IMG/VR virus record: IMGVR_UViG_3300042923_001106
Coordinates: 96,001 to 160,000 of that record
Length of the DNA stretch: 64,000 bases
Source: a virus
Direction: 5' to 3' (one strand)
Shown here: positions 29,991 through 40,751 of the stretch, in pieces
Position numbering within the stretch: the first letter of the stretch is position 1
How the letters are laid out: every line of letters begins with the position of its first letter
Translations under genes and position numbers: made by a program
Notes under the pieces: model-generated
Told to the model about the DNA's origin: nothing
The model's database searches: none
The model's input: the letters and a program-made list of their open reading frames with translations, nothing else

Positions 29991-30253
29991 CCGAATTGAC
30001 GGAACAGCGAAAACGGGAGATCGCTGAGATGGCCCGGAGGGATTTAAACGCTCATGCATGGTTATGCGAACAAGAGCAGGAAGAATATGCCACTGAGGTT
30101 CTTTCCCTCCAACAACAGGTAAACACGCTGACGAAACAGATTGAGGCAGCGTTAACCGATTTGGAAGCATATAAACCTTTAACGGCTATAGTCGTCCTTA
30201 AAAGTGCCATACAGTCTATAAAGGAATCCCCGAGGGAGGAGCAAGGGAAATGA
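29987..30253 (+). CDS. cassette gene, hypothetical
   Basis: 88 aa. Confidence 0.6.
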   Translation: MTELTEQRKREIAEMARRDLNAHAWLCEQEQEEYATEVLSLQQQVNTLTKQIEAALTDLEAYKPLTAIVVLKSAIQSIKESPREEQGK

Positions 30254-30516
30254 TTAAATTGACATATTTTGAAGGTGACGCGCTGTATATTGCGCCAGAT
30301 CGAATTATCGCCGTTTATGATGATATTTCCGCGACAACGATAAGTTGCGGTGGAGAACTTTTCAGCGTGGAAGAAAAGCCAGAAGAAGTAGTACGCAAGA
30401 TCATGGATTACAAACTGGCTATGATTGAATACCGTTCGAAATTCCAAAACAATAAATCTGTTGCTGACATATTGTGGGGAATGAATAAACTGGCCGGATT
30501 GGAGCAGACCCCATGA
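30250..30516 (+). CDS. FlbD-like small protein
   Basis: MIKLT...LYIAPDRIIAV...T.I....FSVEEKPEEV. Confidence 0.55.
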   Translation: MIKLTYFEGDALYIAPDRIIAVYDDISATTISCGGELFSVEEKPEEVVRKIMDYKLAMIEYRSKFQNNKSVADILWGMNKLAGLEQTP

Positions 30517-30917
30517 TAGTACGAATCACATTTGGCGACCGAGTAATGATGTTTGGAGATAGCTATAAGCCGTGGCACATGCAGATGGACGAATATATGC
30601 GGCGATGTGCAGAAGGATTGCCAAGACCGGAAAGGGTTGAAGTATCAAAATCAAAGTGGATCGGGTGGGGTGGCTTAAAGTGGTGTTCATCGGATAACTT
30701 TCAGCATGAGTTGAACCGTGAAGGGTGCCAAGAAAGCGATCCAGACAATTCTCGGCCACGTAAATACGCTGATATGGAGTTTGCTCCGGCAAAAGGAAAG
30801 GTGTTGGGGAAAGTATACGATGCATGGGAGTCTGGTCAGCGATTGATGAAAATCGGGAAATTAAATGATGAAGAATATAGGTTGTATCAGCGCGGAGAAT
30901 TGAAAATAACTGTCTAG
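30513..30917 (+). CDS. hypothetical phage protein
   Basis: 134 aa. Confidence 0.7.
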   Translation: MIVRITFGDRVMMFGDSYKPWHMQMDEYMRRCAEGLPRPERVEVSKSKWIGWGGLKWCSSDNFQHELNREGCQESDPDNSRPRKYADMEFAPAKGKVLGKVYDAWESGQRLMKIGKLNDEEYRLYQRGELKITV

Positions 30918-30948
30918 GCCCAATAGGGGATAAAGGGAGAGAAAATGA

Positions 30949-31137
30949 ATGGCTAAATATGTGTTTTTTGCATCGACTGGGTATGTTGGATCAAGCCGTG
31001 AAGAAACTGTAGAAATTCCGGACGAGGAACTTGAGGGCATGTCTGAGAACGAACAAACTGCGTACGTTGATAAAAATTATTATCAGGATTGGTTGGCGGG
31101 AAACACTGAATTATCATTTTGGAAAGTCGACGAGTAA
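30949..31137 (+). CDS. small acidic phage protein
   Basis: 62 aa. Confidence 0.65.
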   Translation: MAKYVFFASTGYVGSSREETVEIPDEELEGMSENEQTAYVDKNYYQDWLAGNTELSFWKVDE

Positions 31138-31494
31138 AGGAGAATCCCCATGGAACAGATAGAGGGGTAGAAGGGTAACGTACCTATAACCCCCTTTATC
31201 GGCCCCCACTTCGTTAAGCGGATTCGGTCGAGTCGTAGGATTAGTCAAAGGACGAAAGATGAACACCAATACAATGCGAGAAACTGCCGCAAGGGCTACG
31301 ATGTGTGTACTGCAAAACAATGGAAAAGAATAAGTTAGCGAAAGCAAAAAGTTGGTTTGGACAAGGGGAATACAATGTTAATTTGATGATTTCCGCTGGG
31401 GTAATAACGGAATATCGAATTCTACAAATGTACGAAAAAGAAGTAGAAGGCAAGTAGCATTTTGAATAATTTGTCCGTAAGGGGTGAAACAGGG

Positions 31495-31850
31495 ATGGAT
31501 GAAAAGAAGTGTCCTAACGAGTGTGGAGATTTAGAAAATGTTAGAGGTCATATCGAAACGAATGACGGAAGAACGTATTTCAAAGTGGATATTTTATATT
31601 GTCCTGATTGTCATTACATTCAAAACGTAGATGCCAACTTGTAACATTTTGAAAAGGCGGTGTAGATGTGGAATTTAAGTATTTACCTCTTGATTTTTAC
31701 TCGGTGGATTATTGGAAGGGGCGGATTGAAAAATCGTCCTCTACAAAATATGAATTTGTAGTAGATCATACTGAGTTAGTGTTAGAGCAAAATGTTAGTC
31801 CAACTGAGAAATTAAAGGCGATTCAAGCGCTTATTAATGCAACAAAATGA
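31495..31850 (+). CDS. two small ORFs (31495..31644 zinc ribbon; 31668..31850)
   Basis: CPNEC...CPDC; SDs present. Confidence 0.55.
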
Positions 31851-32053
31851 ATAAAAAGTTACATCATAAGGCCGAACGGCCACCGAGTTGACCGAAATAC
31901 TCAGGCGTAGCCGGTGGCCGGATCAATCCATTTTGGAGGTAACCCAAGACGATTTGAATTGCGTGAGATTGTAAAGTGGCTGTTCATTGAACCATTCTTG
32001 AATTATAAGAAAAACAAGCACGTAAAATACTGATTGTATTAAGGGGGACGAAA

Positions 32054-32497
32054 ATGAAAAAGGAAATTGTAAGTGTACCTAAAATTGAATATCAGCCAGT
32101 ACAAACAGGTATTTCAAATGTTGAAATATGGATCACGAGCGATGGAGGAAGATTTGAAAACGAACAAGATGCCGAACATCACGAATTCTTGTGGCGCGTT
32201 GCTTGGAAAAATAAAAACCTTAACTTACATTATGATCCTGAAACTTTTGAATTTGAAAGTCTCGAGGATGCCATACGATATTTTAAAATTTATTCTGTTT
32301 ATGAGAGGAAAGATTACTCCCTAGAGGAACTAAGTTATCCTTGCAAGGTTGTAAAGTACAGTGAGTATTCTTCCTGTGATTGCGCACTTCAGTATCAAAA
32401 CGAGCATTATTGTACGGAAGAAGATATGAGAATAACGAAAATCATTCCATTAGAAGACTACAAAAAGATGATGATCGAATATATAAGCGATCTATGA
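32054..32497 (+). CDS. hypothetical protein
   Basis: 147 aa. Confidence 0.7.
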   Translation: MKKEIVSVPKIEYQPVQTGISNVEIWITSDGGRFENEQDAEHHEFLWRVAWKNKNLNLHYDPETFEFESLEDAIRYFKIYSVYERKDYSLEELSYPCKVVKYSEYSSCDCALQYQNEHYCTEEDMRITKIIPLEDYKKMMIEYISDL

Positions 32498-32732
32498 AAT
32501 CTAAATTTCATGGGAAGGAGTATTTTCATGAGTTATGATCCAGAATTTTATTATCAAGAGTTGGGAATGGAAAAAGATGTTCTGGAACTCGAAATCAAGG
32601 ATTGTGAAAAACTAATCGATAAACATAAAAAGAGAATTAAAAAAATAAATAAAAAGATGAAAGAGCTAGAGAATGAAATATAACTTTTATTCACCAAGGA
32701 TCAAAAATGAAGATTGAATGATGAGGTGAAAA

Positions 32733-33356
32733 ATGGATAATTACTTAGTCGAAGTTCAATTTGACTATGGAAGCAATAAAAATATACTCACCAGAGGACA
32801 ACTTGATTTGCTTCAATCAATAAGTTCAAGAGAAGTCAGAGCCGATCAATTAAGCAAAAGACACTTAGATATTAATCAAACATCATTTTGGAGGGATGAA
32901 GACAAAAACCATGAAGATGCTAGAGTTATGGTAGATGCATTCCATATTGGCGGAAAAACCAATATCGTATCTTTAAAAAATCTGTTAGATCTAGACATTC
33001 CTATTGAGTTTAAAATTCTAAATAAAATAAAAGAAATACCAGAATATAATGTGCAAGAAACGATATTTCATAAATTGATTAAACTTGAATCTAAATTAAA
33101 TCAGTTTGATCAACAAATGCAATTTAATTATAAAGTTGGTGTACATATCAGCGACCTTGGATTGCTGAACGTTAAACAGGTTACGTGGCTTGAAGATGCT
33201 TGCACAGAACAACTTCAAAAAATGCTAGATAGAGGGTGGCGAATTCTTGCTGTCTGTCCACAACCCAATAGTCGTAGACCTGATTATGTATTAGGCAAAA
33301 ATGATAAATGTGAAGATGAGAAAGAGGGAATCCTTGCAGGTCGAAGTTGTAGTTAA
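32733..33356 (+). CDS. hypothetical phage protein
   Basis: 207 aa; EDACTE.LQ..LD.GWRILAVCPQP..RRPDYVLG. Confidence 0.75.
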   Translation: MDNYLVEVQFDYGSNKNILTRGQLDLLQSISSREVRADQLSKRHLDINQTSFWRDEDKNHEDARVMVDAFHIGGKTNIVSLKNLLDLDIPIEFKILNKIKEIPEYNVQETIFHKLIKLESKLNQFDQQMQFNYKVGVHISDLGLLNVKQVTWLEDACTEQLQKMLDRGWRILAVCPQPNSRRPDYVLGKNDKCEDEKEGILAGRSCS

Positions 33357-33389
33357 GTAAATAAAATATTTTTTATCAGGGGGTTGTAA

Positions 33390-33848
33390 ATGAACGGATT
33401 AACGGATGTTAGGTTTATTTTAGACCAAAAGCATGATTATGATATCGGTTCAGAAATTTCAATTTATCTCGGAAATAATGTTGTTGGTCAAGCAAAAGTT
33501 CTTTCAAAGAATTCAACATGCTGTATTAACCACCGAACTAATGATCGTGAACAACTTTATGATTATACCTTTGAAATCAGCGAAAATCTAAAGGCGTCTG
33601 GACACAATAAATATACGCCTTATTTTAATGGGGCATACGGACGCCTGTGTGTTTCGGATAATGAATTGCTGAGAAAACAAGAGAAGGAAATGCACCAGCG
33701 GAACGTAGATCGGGTTCGTAAGCAAGATATTAGTTTTAAATATGTATGCTTGTCTTGTGAAACTGTAATCGCTTCGAGCAAAGAGTTCAAATCTACCTCC
33801 TGTAAACATTGCCGAAAGGGTAAATTAGAGCGAGTAAGTAATTGGTGA
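33390..33848 (+). CDS. hypothetical protein with C-terminal zinc ribbon
   Basis: CLSC...CKHC. Confidence 0.7.
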   Translation: MNGLTDVRFILDQKHDYDIGSEISIYLGNNVVGQAKVLSKNSTCCINHRTNDREQLYDYTFEISENLKASGHNKYTPYFNGAYGRLCVSDNELLRKQEKEMHQRNVDRVRKQDISFKYVCLSCETVIASSKEFKSTSCKHCRKGKLERVSNW

Positions 33849-33876
33849 TAAAAGACAAATTTGATTAGGTGAGAAA

Positions 33877-34080
33877 ATGGATAACGAAATATATGAGAGG
33901 CATTTACATGTCCTTGATCCTTACGAGTATGAAGTTGTAGTCCGACGATACGGATTAAGAGGCTTTGAAAAAAGAACGCAAAAAGAAGTAGGCAATGAAC
34001 TGGGTGTCAGCTGGTCGTTTGTATCCAGAGTTGAAAAACGGGGGATTTTTAAAATTAAACATGAGTTGATAAAAGAATAA
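33877..34080 (+). CDS. stand-alone sigma region-4 HTH protein (SigK/SigE-like)
   Basis: EVVVRRYGL...TQKEVGNELGVSWSFVSRVEKRGIFK. Confidence 0.8.
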   Translation: MDNEIYERHLHVLDPYEYEVVVRRYGLRGFEKRTQKEVGNELGVSWSFVSRVEKRGIFKIKHELIKE

Positions 34081-34091
34081 TAACCATTAAA

Positions 34092-34331
34092 TTGGAGTGT
34101 GCAGATATGCGAAAAACACTGTACGACTATATTAGCGAAAAGTACCCACACAGTATTAATGATTCGGATATGGAATGTATAGAAGATGACATTGCAGTCT
34201 ATCTCATCCAAGGATTCACACTAGAAGAATGTGTTGATGCAGCAATACAGTATTACCATAATCATCGAATTTTCCAAGACGATCCTGCATCATGCTTTGG
34301 ATTTGGAATGCGAGAATATTTAGACGAATAA
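34092..34331 (+). CDS. hypothetical protein
   Basis: about 75 aa. Confidence 0.6.
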   Translation: MECADMRKTLYDYISEKYPHSINDSDMECIEDDIAVYLIQGFTLEECVDAAIQYYHNHRIFQDDPASCFGFGMREYLDE

Positions 34332-34367
34332 AAGAGAATTTTCATTGGGAGATGAATTCAAAAGAAA

Positions 34368-34946
34368 ATGAATATTATTAATGATATTTTGCCATTTATT
34401 AAACCTTCCGGTAGAGACGAAAACGGAAAGTTCAATAAGAAATTATATAACTTGTTTAAAATGATTTCTAAGAATGAGTATAGCAATAGGCAACTTAGGG
34501 TTTTCTTTAAGCCCCAAAGTTGGTGGGACGGGAGTTACATCGATTTTCATAAAAACATTCACAAAGAAATTCATAGCCTTACAAGACAAATCATTCTTAG
34601 TCCATATGGAGAGCCGCATTCAGGATATTCACTTATGGAAGCACTAAATAAAAATAAACCAGAAGTGTATTCATGGATAATGCATAAGACGGAAGATTTT
34701 ATCGATGTTACTGAGTGGTTCTTCAATACATATAGGTCGATTGGGCGATGCATGTTCGATAATTTACATCATGATTTCGATAACCAATACAACAATCGTT
34801 ATTACATTATTAATAAGAATCATCGTAAATGCCGTTGGTGCGGGAAACATTTTCATCGAGAACACCATAAAGAAGTTGAGGTCAGAAAATACACGATTTG
34901 GAAAGAGACAAATAAAGAGGAGACAATTATTAATGCAAAAATTTAA
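34368..34946 (+). CDS. hypothetical phage protein
   Basis: 192 aa with CRWCG. Confidence 0.7.
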   Translation: MNIINDILPFIKPSGRDENGKFNKKLYNLFKMISKNEYSNRQLRVFFKPQSWWDGSYIDFHKNIHKEIHSLTRQIILSPYGEPHSGYSLMEALNKNKPEVYSWIMHKTEDFIDVTEWFFNTYRSIGRCMFDNLHHDFDNQYNNRYYIINKNHRKCRWCGKHFHREHHKEVEVRKYTIWKETNKEETIINAKI

Positions 34947-35157
34947 AGCATATCCAAAGGAAAATTTAGAATTGTTACCCCACACTTGGATAAAGGGATT
35001 GGATTATGAAGTGGTTCAAAAGAGTGATTATTTTGTACTTGCTTCAAATGAAGGACAAACCAATATAACCGGTATAGCAGTAGAAAGACTGGTAGACGTA
35101 TTCGAATTTGAGTAACCTAACAAAACGAAGATTCTATAAGGAGGCAAAATTAGATTT

Positions 35158-35556
35158 ATGGTAAACATTGATGGGTACGCACGAGTCATTACTGATGAAA
35201 ATGGTAAGATTATTGACGTCACTGATTATCACTGGGACCATGACCAGTTATATGCATGTATAGGTAGAACAGAAATTATGGATTATGTATGCGATATTGA
35301 ATCAAGCGACGCCGAGGTACTGATTCCACTAACATATTTTTATCAAGAAGGAAAATGGATTGGTGCAGATTGGTGCGATCCCGAACAATGTCTAAATGTG
35401 GTTGCGGAATATGTTTTGAGATGGGATTTTAAGAAAAAATATCTTGAAGATATCAAAAAAGCAAACAAAGATCAGCATGAATTGCAATATGTTGATGATA
35501 TGATTAAAAATTTTGAAGAAATATATAAAGAAAAAGTTGATATCAAAAGCCAATAA
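35158..35556 (+). CDS. hypothetical protein
   Basis: 132 aa. Confidence 0.7.
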   Translation: MVNIDGYARVITDENGKIIDVTDYHWDHDQLYACIGRTEIMDYVCDIESSDAEVLIPLTYFYQEGKWIGADWCDPEQCLNVVAEYVLRWDFKKKYLEDIKKANKDQHELQYVDDMIKNFEEIYKEKVDIKSQ

Positions 35557-35802
35557 AACGACGATTTTATCTGGAGGTGATTGGATTCGTTGTACAGAGT
35601 TATCGAATGGAAAGCTAATGATATTAAAGTTTATGATGTCGGCACAGATTTATCAGAGAATGAAGCAAGAGAATTATGTAATTAGGTGAAACGTGGTTTC
35701 TATCGAGATATGGAACCAATGAAAATGTTTGAAGAGGATGAGGAATGAACACGGAATACCAGTATTTAAAGACAATAAAACAAAATATTAATTGGAGGAA
35801 AT

Positions 35803-36384
35803 ATGAAGAGAAACGTTGAGGAAGATATAAAAAAGCACTGGTTCCCCGAACATAAAGCAACTTTAACTCAGTATGGAGATTTGCAAGTTCTACAATGGGC
35901 AAAGCCGGGAACTAATACATATATGTGTCGATACGTGTTCGATGGAAATAAAATGTATATTAGTGGAGATATTGGTACTGCTGTATTCTGGCTGACTTGG
36001 AAAGCAGATATCCATTCGTTCGATGATATCCATGTCGGCTACTTTGAAGAAAAGTTAACTGCTTATGAAGGTAAGCGAAGAAATTATGATGGCGATCAAG
36101 CTGAAAAAGAATTGAAAGACTGGAGAAAACGTCTCAATGAAAACGGAAAGAAATATGACCGAGAAATGATGCGGGAACTTATTAACGCTGCAAAATCGTG
36201 TTCAAGTACAGATGAGTGGACCTACGAATATGTAAATGGGACTTATCACGAATTTATTTCTGATTTGGATTATGATTACTGGGATTGGATTTATACGATT
36301 GGTGATGTAATGCCAGTTCGTATACATGGCTACTTAGTAGGATTGAAAATGGCTTCAGAACAATTAAAGCAGCAAATGAAATAA
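35803..36384 (+). CDS. conserved phage protein
   Basis: 193 aa; L.ISGDIG..VF; YFEEKL. Confidence 0.75.
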   Translation: MKRNVEEDIKKHWFPEHKATLTQYGDLQVLQWAKPGTNTYMCRYVFDGNKMYISGDIGTAVFWLTWKADIHSFDDIHVGYFEEKLTAYEGKRRNYDGDQAEKELKDWRKRLNENGKKYDREMMRELINAAKSCSSTDEWTYEYVNGTYHEFISDLDYDYWDWIYTIGDVMPVRIHGYLVGLKMASEQLKQQMK

Positions 36385-36414
36385 CTCTTTAATCATGTAT
36401 ATTGGAGGAGTTCG

Positions 36415-37171
36415 ATGCAACTTTATTTTGGTTACCAATTATTAGAGATCCTGCATCCGAATCAAAAGGCATCTTGTGTCGAGGGGTTATACATAGGGTA
36501 CGTGGTTCAAAAATTCATGTACGGTAACCAGTTGATATGGGCTAATGATGAAGTAGTTGAATTAAACGGAGGTAATGATCCGTTTTTCCGATATAGCAAA
36601 TGGAAAAAAATTATTGACCAAGATTCGCAAACATGATAAATTAAATAAAAGAATATAATAAAAGGTGAGTGATAATAAGTGATTCTGAAATTAGTTGAAG
36701 TGGGGGATATCTCCGAAGCAAGATTTGTATCATTCGCTGTTAATCTAAATAATATCACAAAGGATAGACTTTATGAAGTAATGATTGGTAGACCAATTGC
36801 AATTGATGAAGTCGTTGGAAGACAACTCGAGCATATTTATCCTAATGAACACTATATCGTGAATGATTCCGGTAGAAAGCAACATGGAATCTGGGCTTTC
36901 ATTAAGACAAAGTATTATAAGTAAAAAAATAATACATAATCATTTGGAGGAAATCATGAAGCAAATCGAGAAAGATGTGATTATGCTTGGGATGATCTCA
37001 GACTTTGTAAAAGGATATGGGAAGAAGATTAATGATTACATTCCTGAATATCAAGGAGATAAGGTTTGCAAATTTGGTGAGAAAGTAATTTTGAATGATG
37101 AGCATCTTGAAGGAATGCTTAAAAAATTGGCCAGTGATTGTTATAGAAGAGTTAAGAAGAAGTTAGATTAA
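36415..37171 (+). CDS. three small hypothetical ORFs (36415..36636; 36679..36924; about 36957..37171)
   Basis: each has an SD. Confidence 0.55.
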
Positions 37172-37326
37172 TGAGTGATTTCATTGGAGGAAAATAAAAT
37201 GGAAAAAGAAAATAAACAGGCAAACAACAATAATGTAAAGATTGAGTATAATTCATCGAAAAAGCACAATATAATCGTTGAAAAAATGATTAAAAAAAGT
37301 AGCGACACAAGGAAAGATGACAATAA

Positions 37327-37785
37327 ATGATTTACGTAACAAATATCATTGCTGTATTATCACTAATTGTCTCGATTGGTCTAGCATTGTTCACGATTAG
37401 ATTCAATAATTATCAAATCAGTAACGTATACCTTGCTAACTCAAATCTGATATTTGAATCAAGAAGAAGGTCAAGCGAATTATTTGAGGCGTGTATTCCA
37501 CTACTTGCCAAAGAAGAGATGGATATATTGAACGAATATGAGAAAACAATGCTTTCGTATTATCGAGAAATTTATGAAGAGTCTTTAGAAGTAACACTTA
37601 CCGTATACAATAACATTTGTTCGATATATCTTGATAAAAAAATGAACAAAAAAGCCTTCCTGAACTTTTACCAAAAAGAAATTGATGATTTTTTCAGTAG
37701 CAAACAAATATCTAAAATTCTAGAAGAAAATAGAGATGAGTATTTGAAGCTGTGGATAGTATATTTACAATGGCGTAACAAATAA
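37327..37785 (+). CDS. membrane-anchored accessory protein
   Basis: N-terminal TM helix plus soluble helical domain. Confidence 0.7.
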   Translation: MIYVTNIIAVLSLIVSIGLALFTIRFNNYQISNVYLANSNLIFESRRRSSELFEACIPLLAKEEMDILNEYEKTMLSYYREIYEESLEVTLTVYNNICSIYLDKKMNKKAFLNFYQKEIDDFFSSKQISKILEENRDEYLKLWIVYLQWRNK

Positions 37786-37825
37786 ATTAAAATAAAATCC
37801 TTATTTTATTGGAGGTAATATAGGA

Positions 37826-38588
37826 ATGTTTTCAAATCAAGTAAACGTAAATGGAAAGTTTATCAGCGGCACAATTCAACGAAAGGAAGCTCACCATGCA
37901 TATCTTTTTCTAAGTCAATTGAATTTGGGTGGTCGTGGAGCAAATACGTGGAACTCGAATACTCTACGAGAGATTGCAAATGAACTCAATGACGTTGCGA
38001 ACGAGCTAGATAAGCAGAACATATGAAACGAATGTTTTATCCAAGTTTTTGAGGAGGGACACATGAAACTTTGGGATATACTTAAAGATTTAAATTCAAC
38101 GGATAAATACCCAATTGGCACTAAATTCAAGTCTTTAGCTCCTTATTGGTGCGATCTGACGGCAGAAGTAAAACCGATTAATAATTATCCTGACGGCTCA
38201 AACGGAAAGACGCTAAAGTGGGAAGAGGATGTAAATGGGTGTAAGGGGAAAATCATCGGATTATACGGTGGAGCAATTAAGTATGATTGGGAATTAATTA
38301 GCGAATAAAACTAAGTTTTTATCAACTAATAGGAGGAATAAAAAAATGAAAATGTACATTATCGTTGATAAGTACAATGAAGGGTTTTACTACAACTTTG
38401 AAAAAGAAGATTTCTATATGGACATTACTGAGCAAAGTCTTCTACCTTCGAAAGAAATGGCTAAAACATATATTGAAGACCAACTATGTAGTGATTGTGT
38501 ACCAGCGGAAATCGATATTGAAAGTGTTAGTAAAATGGGTACTTGGGTATATTCTATTGAGAATGTTTGGGATGATGATAAAGAATAA
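37826..38588 (+). CDS. three small hypothetical ORFs (37826..38026; 38063..38308; 38346..38588)
   Basis: each bounded by the palindrome. Confidence 0.65.
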
Positions 38589-38736
38589 ACAAATGAAATT
38601 AATTTTTTATTCACCGAAGGAGGATAGAGACATGAAGTGTGCGTGGTTTGAGACTCTATCTAAAGAGATAAGTTTGATTAGCTTGTGGAGACAAAAGTTC
38701 TTTCCTAATGCTAAATTTACGAAAGGAGTATGATGG

Positions 38737-40482
38737 TTGACAGAAATAGAAGAGAAGTATGAGAAATACTTTCAAAAACCAATGATTAAACCTACAAATG
38801 GCACAGAGTTTAAAGAAGTCGGGTTCAATCCTCATACGATCCAACATAAGCCCGATGATAGAGTGGTAATCATCGATGGTGATGGAAGCCCGAATTTCCC
38901 AAACCTAGCATTACAAAAGATAAGCGCATGGGAGAAGCGGAATGGTGTGAAAGAAGTTAAAATCATTAAACTTAAAGATAGACGTGTCAAAGGTATACTT
39001 TCAATCGATCCAGAGTCAATTGAGGAACTTTATAAAATAAAAGATTACGATAGGGCTTATGTTAGTTTTATTTTCACAAGAAACAAGACTTTGGCACAGC
39101 AATTAATGGGGGAACTGATTAAAGAAGAAAAACTTTTTATTGACGGCAAGAAGATGAAAGTAAAAACGCCATTTTATATATCTAATATGTTCATTGGTGG
39201 TACAGGTGTTGACGAATACTTTGAGCTGCAAGAAGGTGACTTTAGATCAAGACCAAAGAGGATTACACAGTTACATTATGAGATTGAAAATATGTATCCT
39301 GATCATACGCTTTATGAATCCGAATATGCGGATCTTAACGTGAAGTTTTGGTCTAATCCCGAACAATTCAAGATTCCAAAAAAATATACAAGTAAAATAA
39401 AACGGTATGGATTAAGTCCAATTGATGGAACATGGGGGAAAACAAGCAAGGCAGTATCAATTAGCGACGATATAGTTGAGCGTTTTAATCATGCAAAGAA
39501 TACATATGGTATTGAAGATGGAACAACATACAGAGGTTCAACAAGAGGAAATGGGTATTCATCAAAGGGATGTTCTCGAAAGTGTACGTTTTGCGTAGTT
39601 CCAGTTATCCAAGGAGATATAGAACCGATGCATTACGGTCTGCTTGGTGTAATAAATTGGATTCTCCCCAGAAATTTATATCCTACAATGGATGAAATTG
39701 TACAGTTATATAATGCCGGTTTGCTTAAGATGCGTCCACATGTATTTTGGAAGTTAAAAAAAGATAAGAAGACAAAAGAAATAAGTTATTATGTTGACCG
39801 AATTAGTGCATTCCTCACTATTTCAGATAACAACTTTCCAGCAGATCCAACTTGCTTAGAAAAAATGGATTACATGATTCTTAATGATATTGCTGTAAAT
39901 TTGAATCAAGGTATGGATGCGAGACTGTTAACGGCTAAAGAACGTATTGACAAAAATGGTGTTCGTTATCCAAGTGGAACCGAAATATGTGAAAGGTTAA
40001 GTAAATTATATTTCATCAACTTCACCGGTACATACAAACAGATGCACTTTAGTTGGGATTACATAGGTGTTGGCAGGATCGTGATTGAGGGAATCAGTCG
40101 ATTAGTTAAGGAGTATGGGTTATCTTATTCAAACTTTGCTGTCTATTGTCTGTCAGGGTTCAATACAACTTTTGAGGAAGACTATAAACGCATTATGACT
40201 CTCAAGAAATTAAAGATTGATCCTTACATGATGTTATTTAGAAATGTAGATGGCAGCGAAGGCACTAAATTTGATGGAACTCCACAAGACTGGCGAATGA
40301 AGCATTTAGCGCGATGGACCAATAATAAGATTCTGTTTAAAGCTGCACCGTTTGAAGAATATGATTATTATCTAAAAGAACTTGAAGAACGTTCAAAAGG
40401 ATGTTTTGATGAAGAAGTTGATAAGATGATAAGACTCGATGTGTTTGATTGGTTGACTACAGAATACATTAACCATGCTTAG
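38737..40482 (+). CDS. radical SAM protein
   Basis: GCSRKCTFCVVP (CxxxCxxC); DNNF, NQGMDARLL. Confidence 0.88.
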   Translation: MTEIEEKYEKYFQKPMIKPTNGTEFKEVGFNPHTIQHKPDDRVVIIDGDGSPNFPNLALQKISAWEKRNGVKEVKIIKLKDRRVKGILSIDPESIEELYKIKDYDRAYVSFIFTRNKTLAQQLMGELIKEEKLFIDGKKMKVKTPFYISNMFIGGTGVDEYFELQEGDFRSRPKRITQLHYEIENMYPDHTLYESEYADLNVKFWSNPEQFKIPKKYTSKIKRYGLSPIDGTWGKTSKAVSISDDIVERFNHAKNTYGIEDGTTYRGSTRGNGYSSKGCSRKCTFCVVPVIQGDIEPMHYGLLGVINWILPRNLYPTMDEIVQLYNAGLLKMRPHVFWKLKKDKKTKEISYYVDRISAFLTISDNNFPADPTCLEKMDYMILNDIAVNLNQGMDARLLTAKERIDKNGVRYPSGTEICERLSKLYFINFTGTYKQMHFSWDYIGVGRIVIEGISRLVKEYGLSYSNFAVYCLSGFNTTFEEDYKRIMTLKKLKIDPYMMLFRNVDGSEGTKFDGTPQDWRMKHLARWTNNKILFKAAPFEEYDYYLKELEERSKGCFDEEVDKMIRLDVFDWLTTEYINHA

Positions 40483-40497
40483 GTGAGATGACTGTTA

Positions 40498-40725
40498 TTG
40501 GGCAGAAAATTAAGTAGTACTAACAAGATGATTTTAGAATATCGGGGTATGTGCAATGAAATAAGTAGAAACATGCTTGATTACTGTGGATTTCTGTTCA
40601 TTGATAGACCAGATTTGACTGAAAAATATATTGAAGATGTCGAAAGGTTGCTCAGGAGTTTAGACGATAAGTTGTTCGATGCAAAGGTAAAGTTTTATCA
40701 AATAAAAAATAAAGTAATCCGATGA
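40498..40725 (+). CDS. hypothetical protein
   Basis: 75 aa. Confidence 0.6.
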   Translation: MGRKLSSTNKMILEYRGMCNEISRNMLDYCGFLFIDRPDLTEKYIEDVERLLRSLDDKLFDAKVKFYQIKNKVIR

Positions 40726-40751
40726 AAAATGCGTTGTAGAGATAAGAGGTC

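Larger units (their letters stand above)
27416..30516 (+). repeat. repeated gene-junction motif (CA)AGGGGAGGATACCCAATGA
   Basis: Copies at about 27416, 27798, 27973, 28203, 28397, 28591, 28781, 29094, 29349, 29629, 29971, 30232, 30499. Confidence 0.88.

Noticed and set aside
27416-30516. Junction repeats as a CRISPR array
   Set aside because: Spacing is 140-400 bp of intact ORFs, the repeats are degenerate and there are no cas genes
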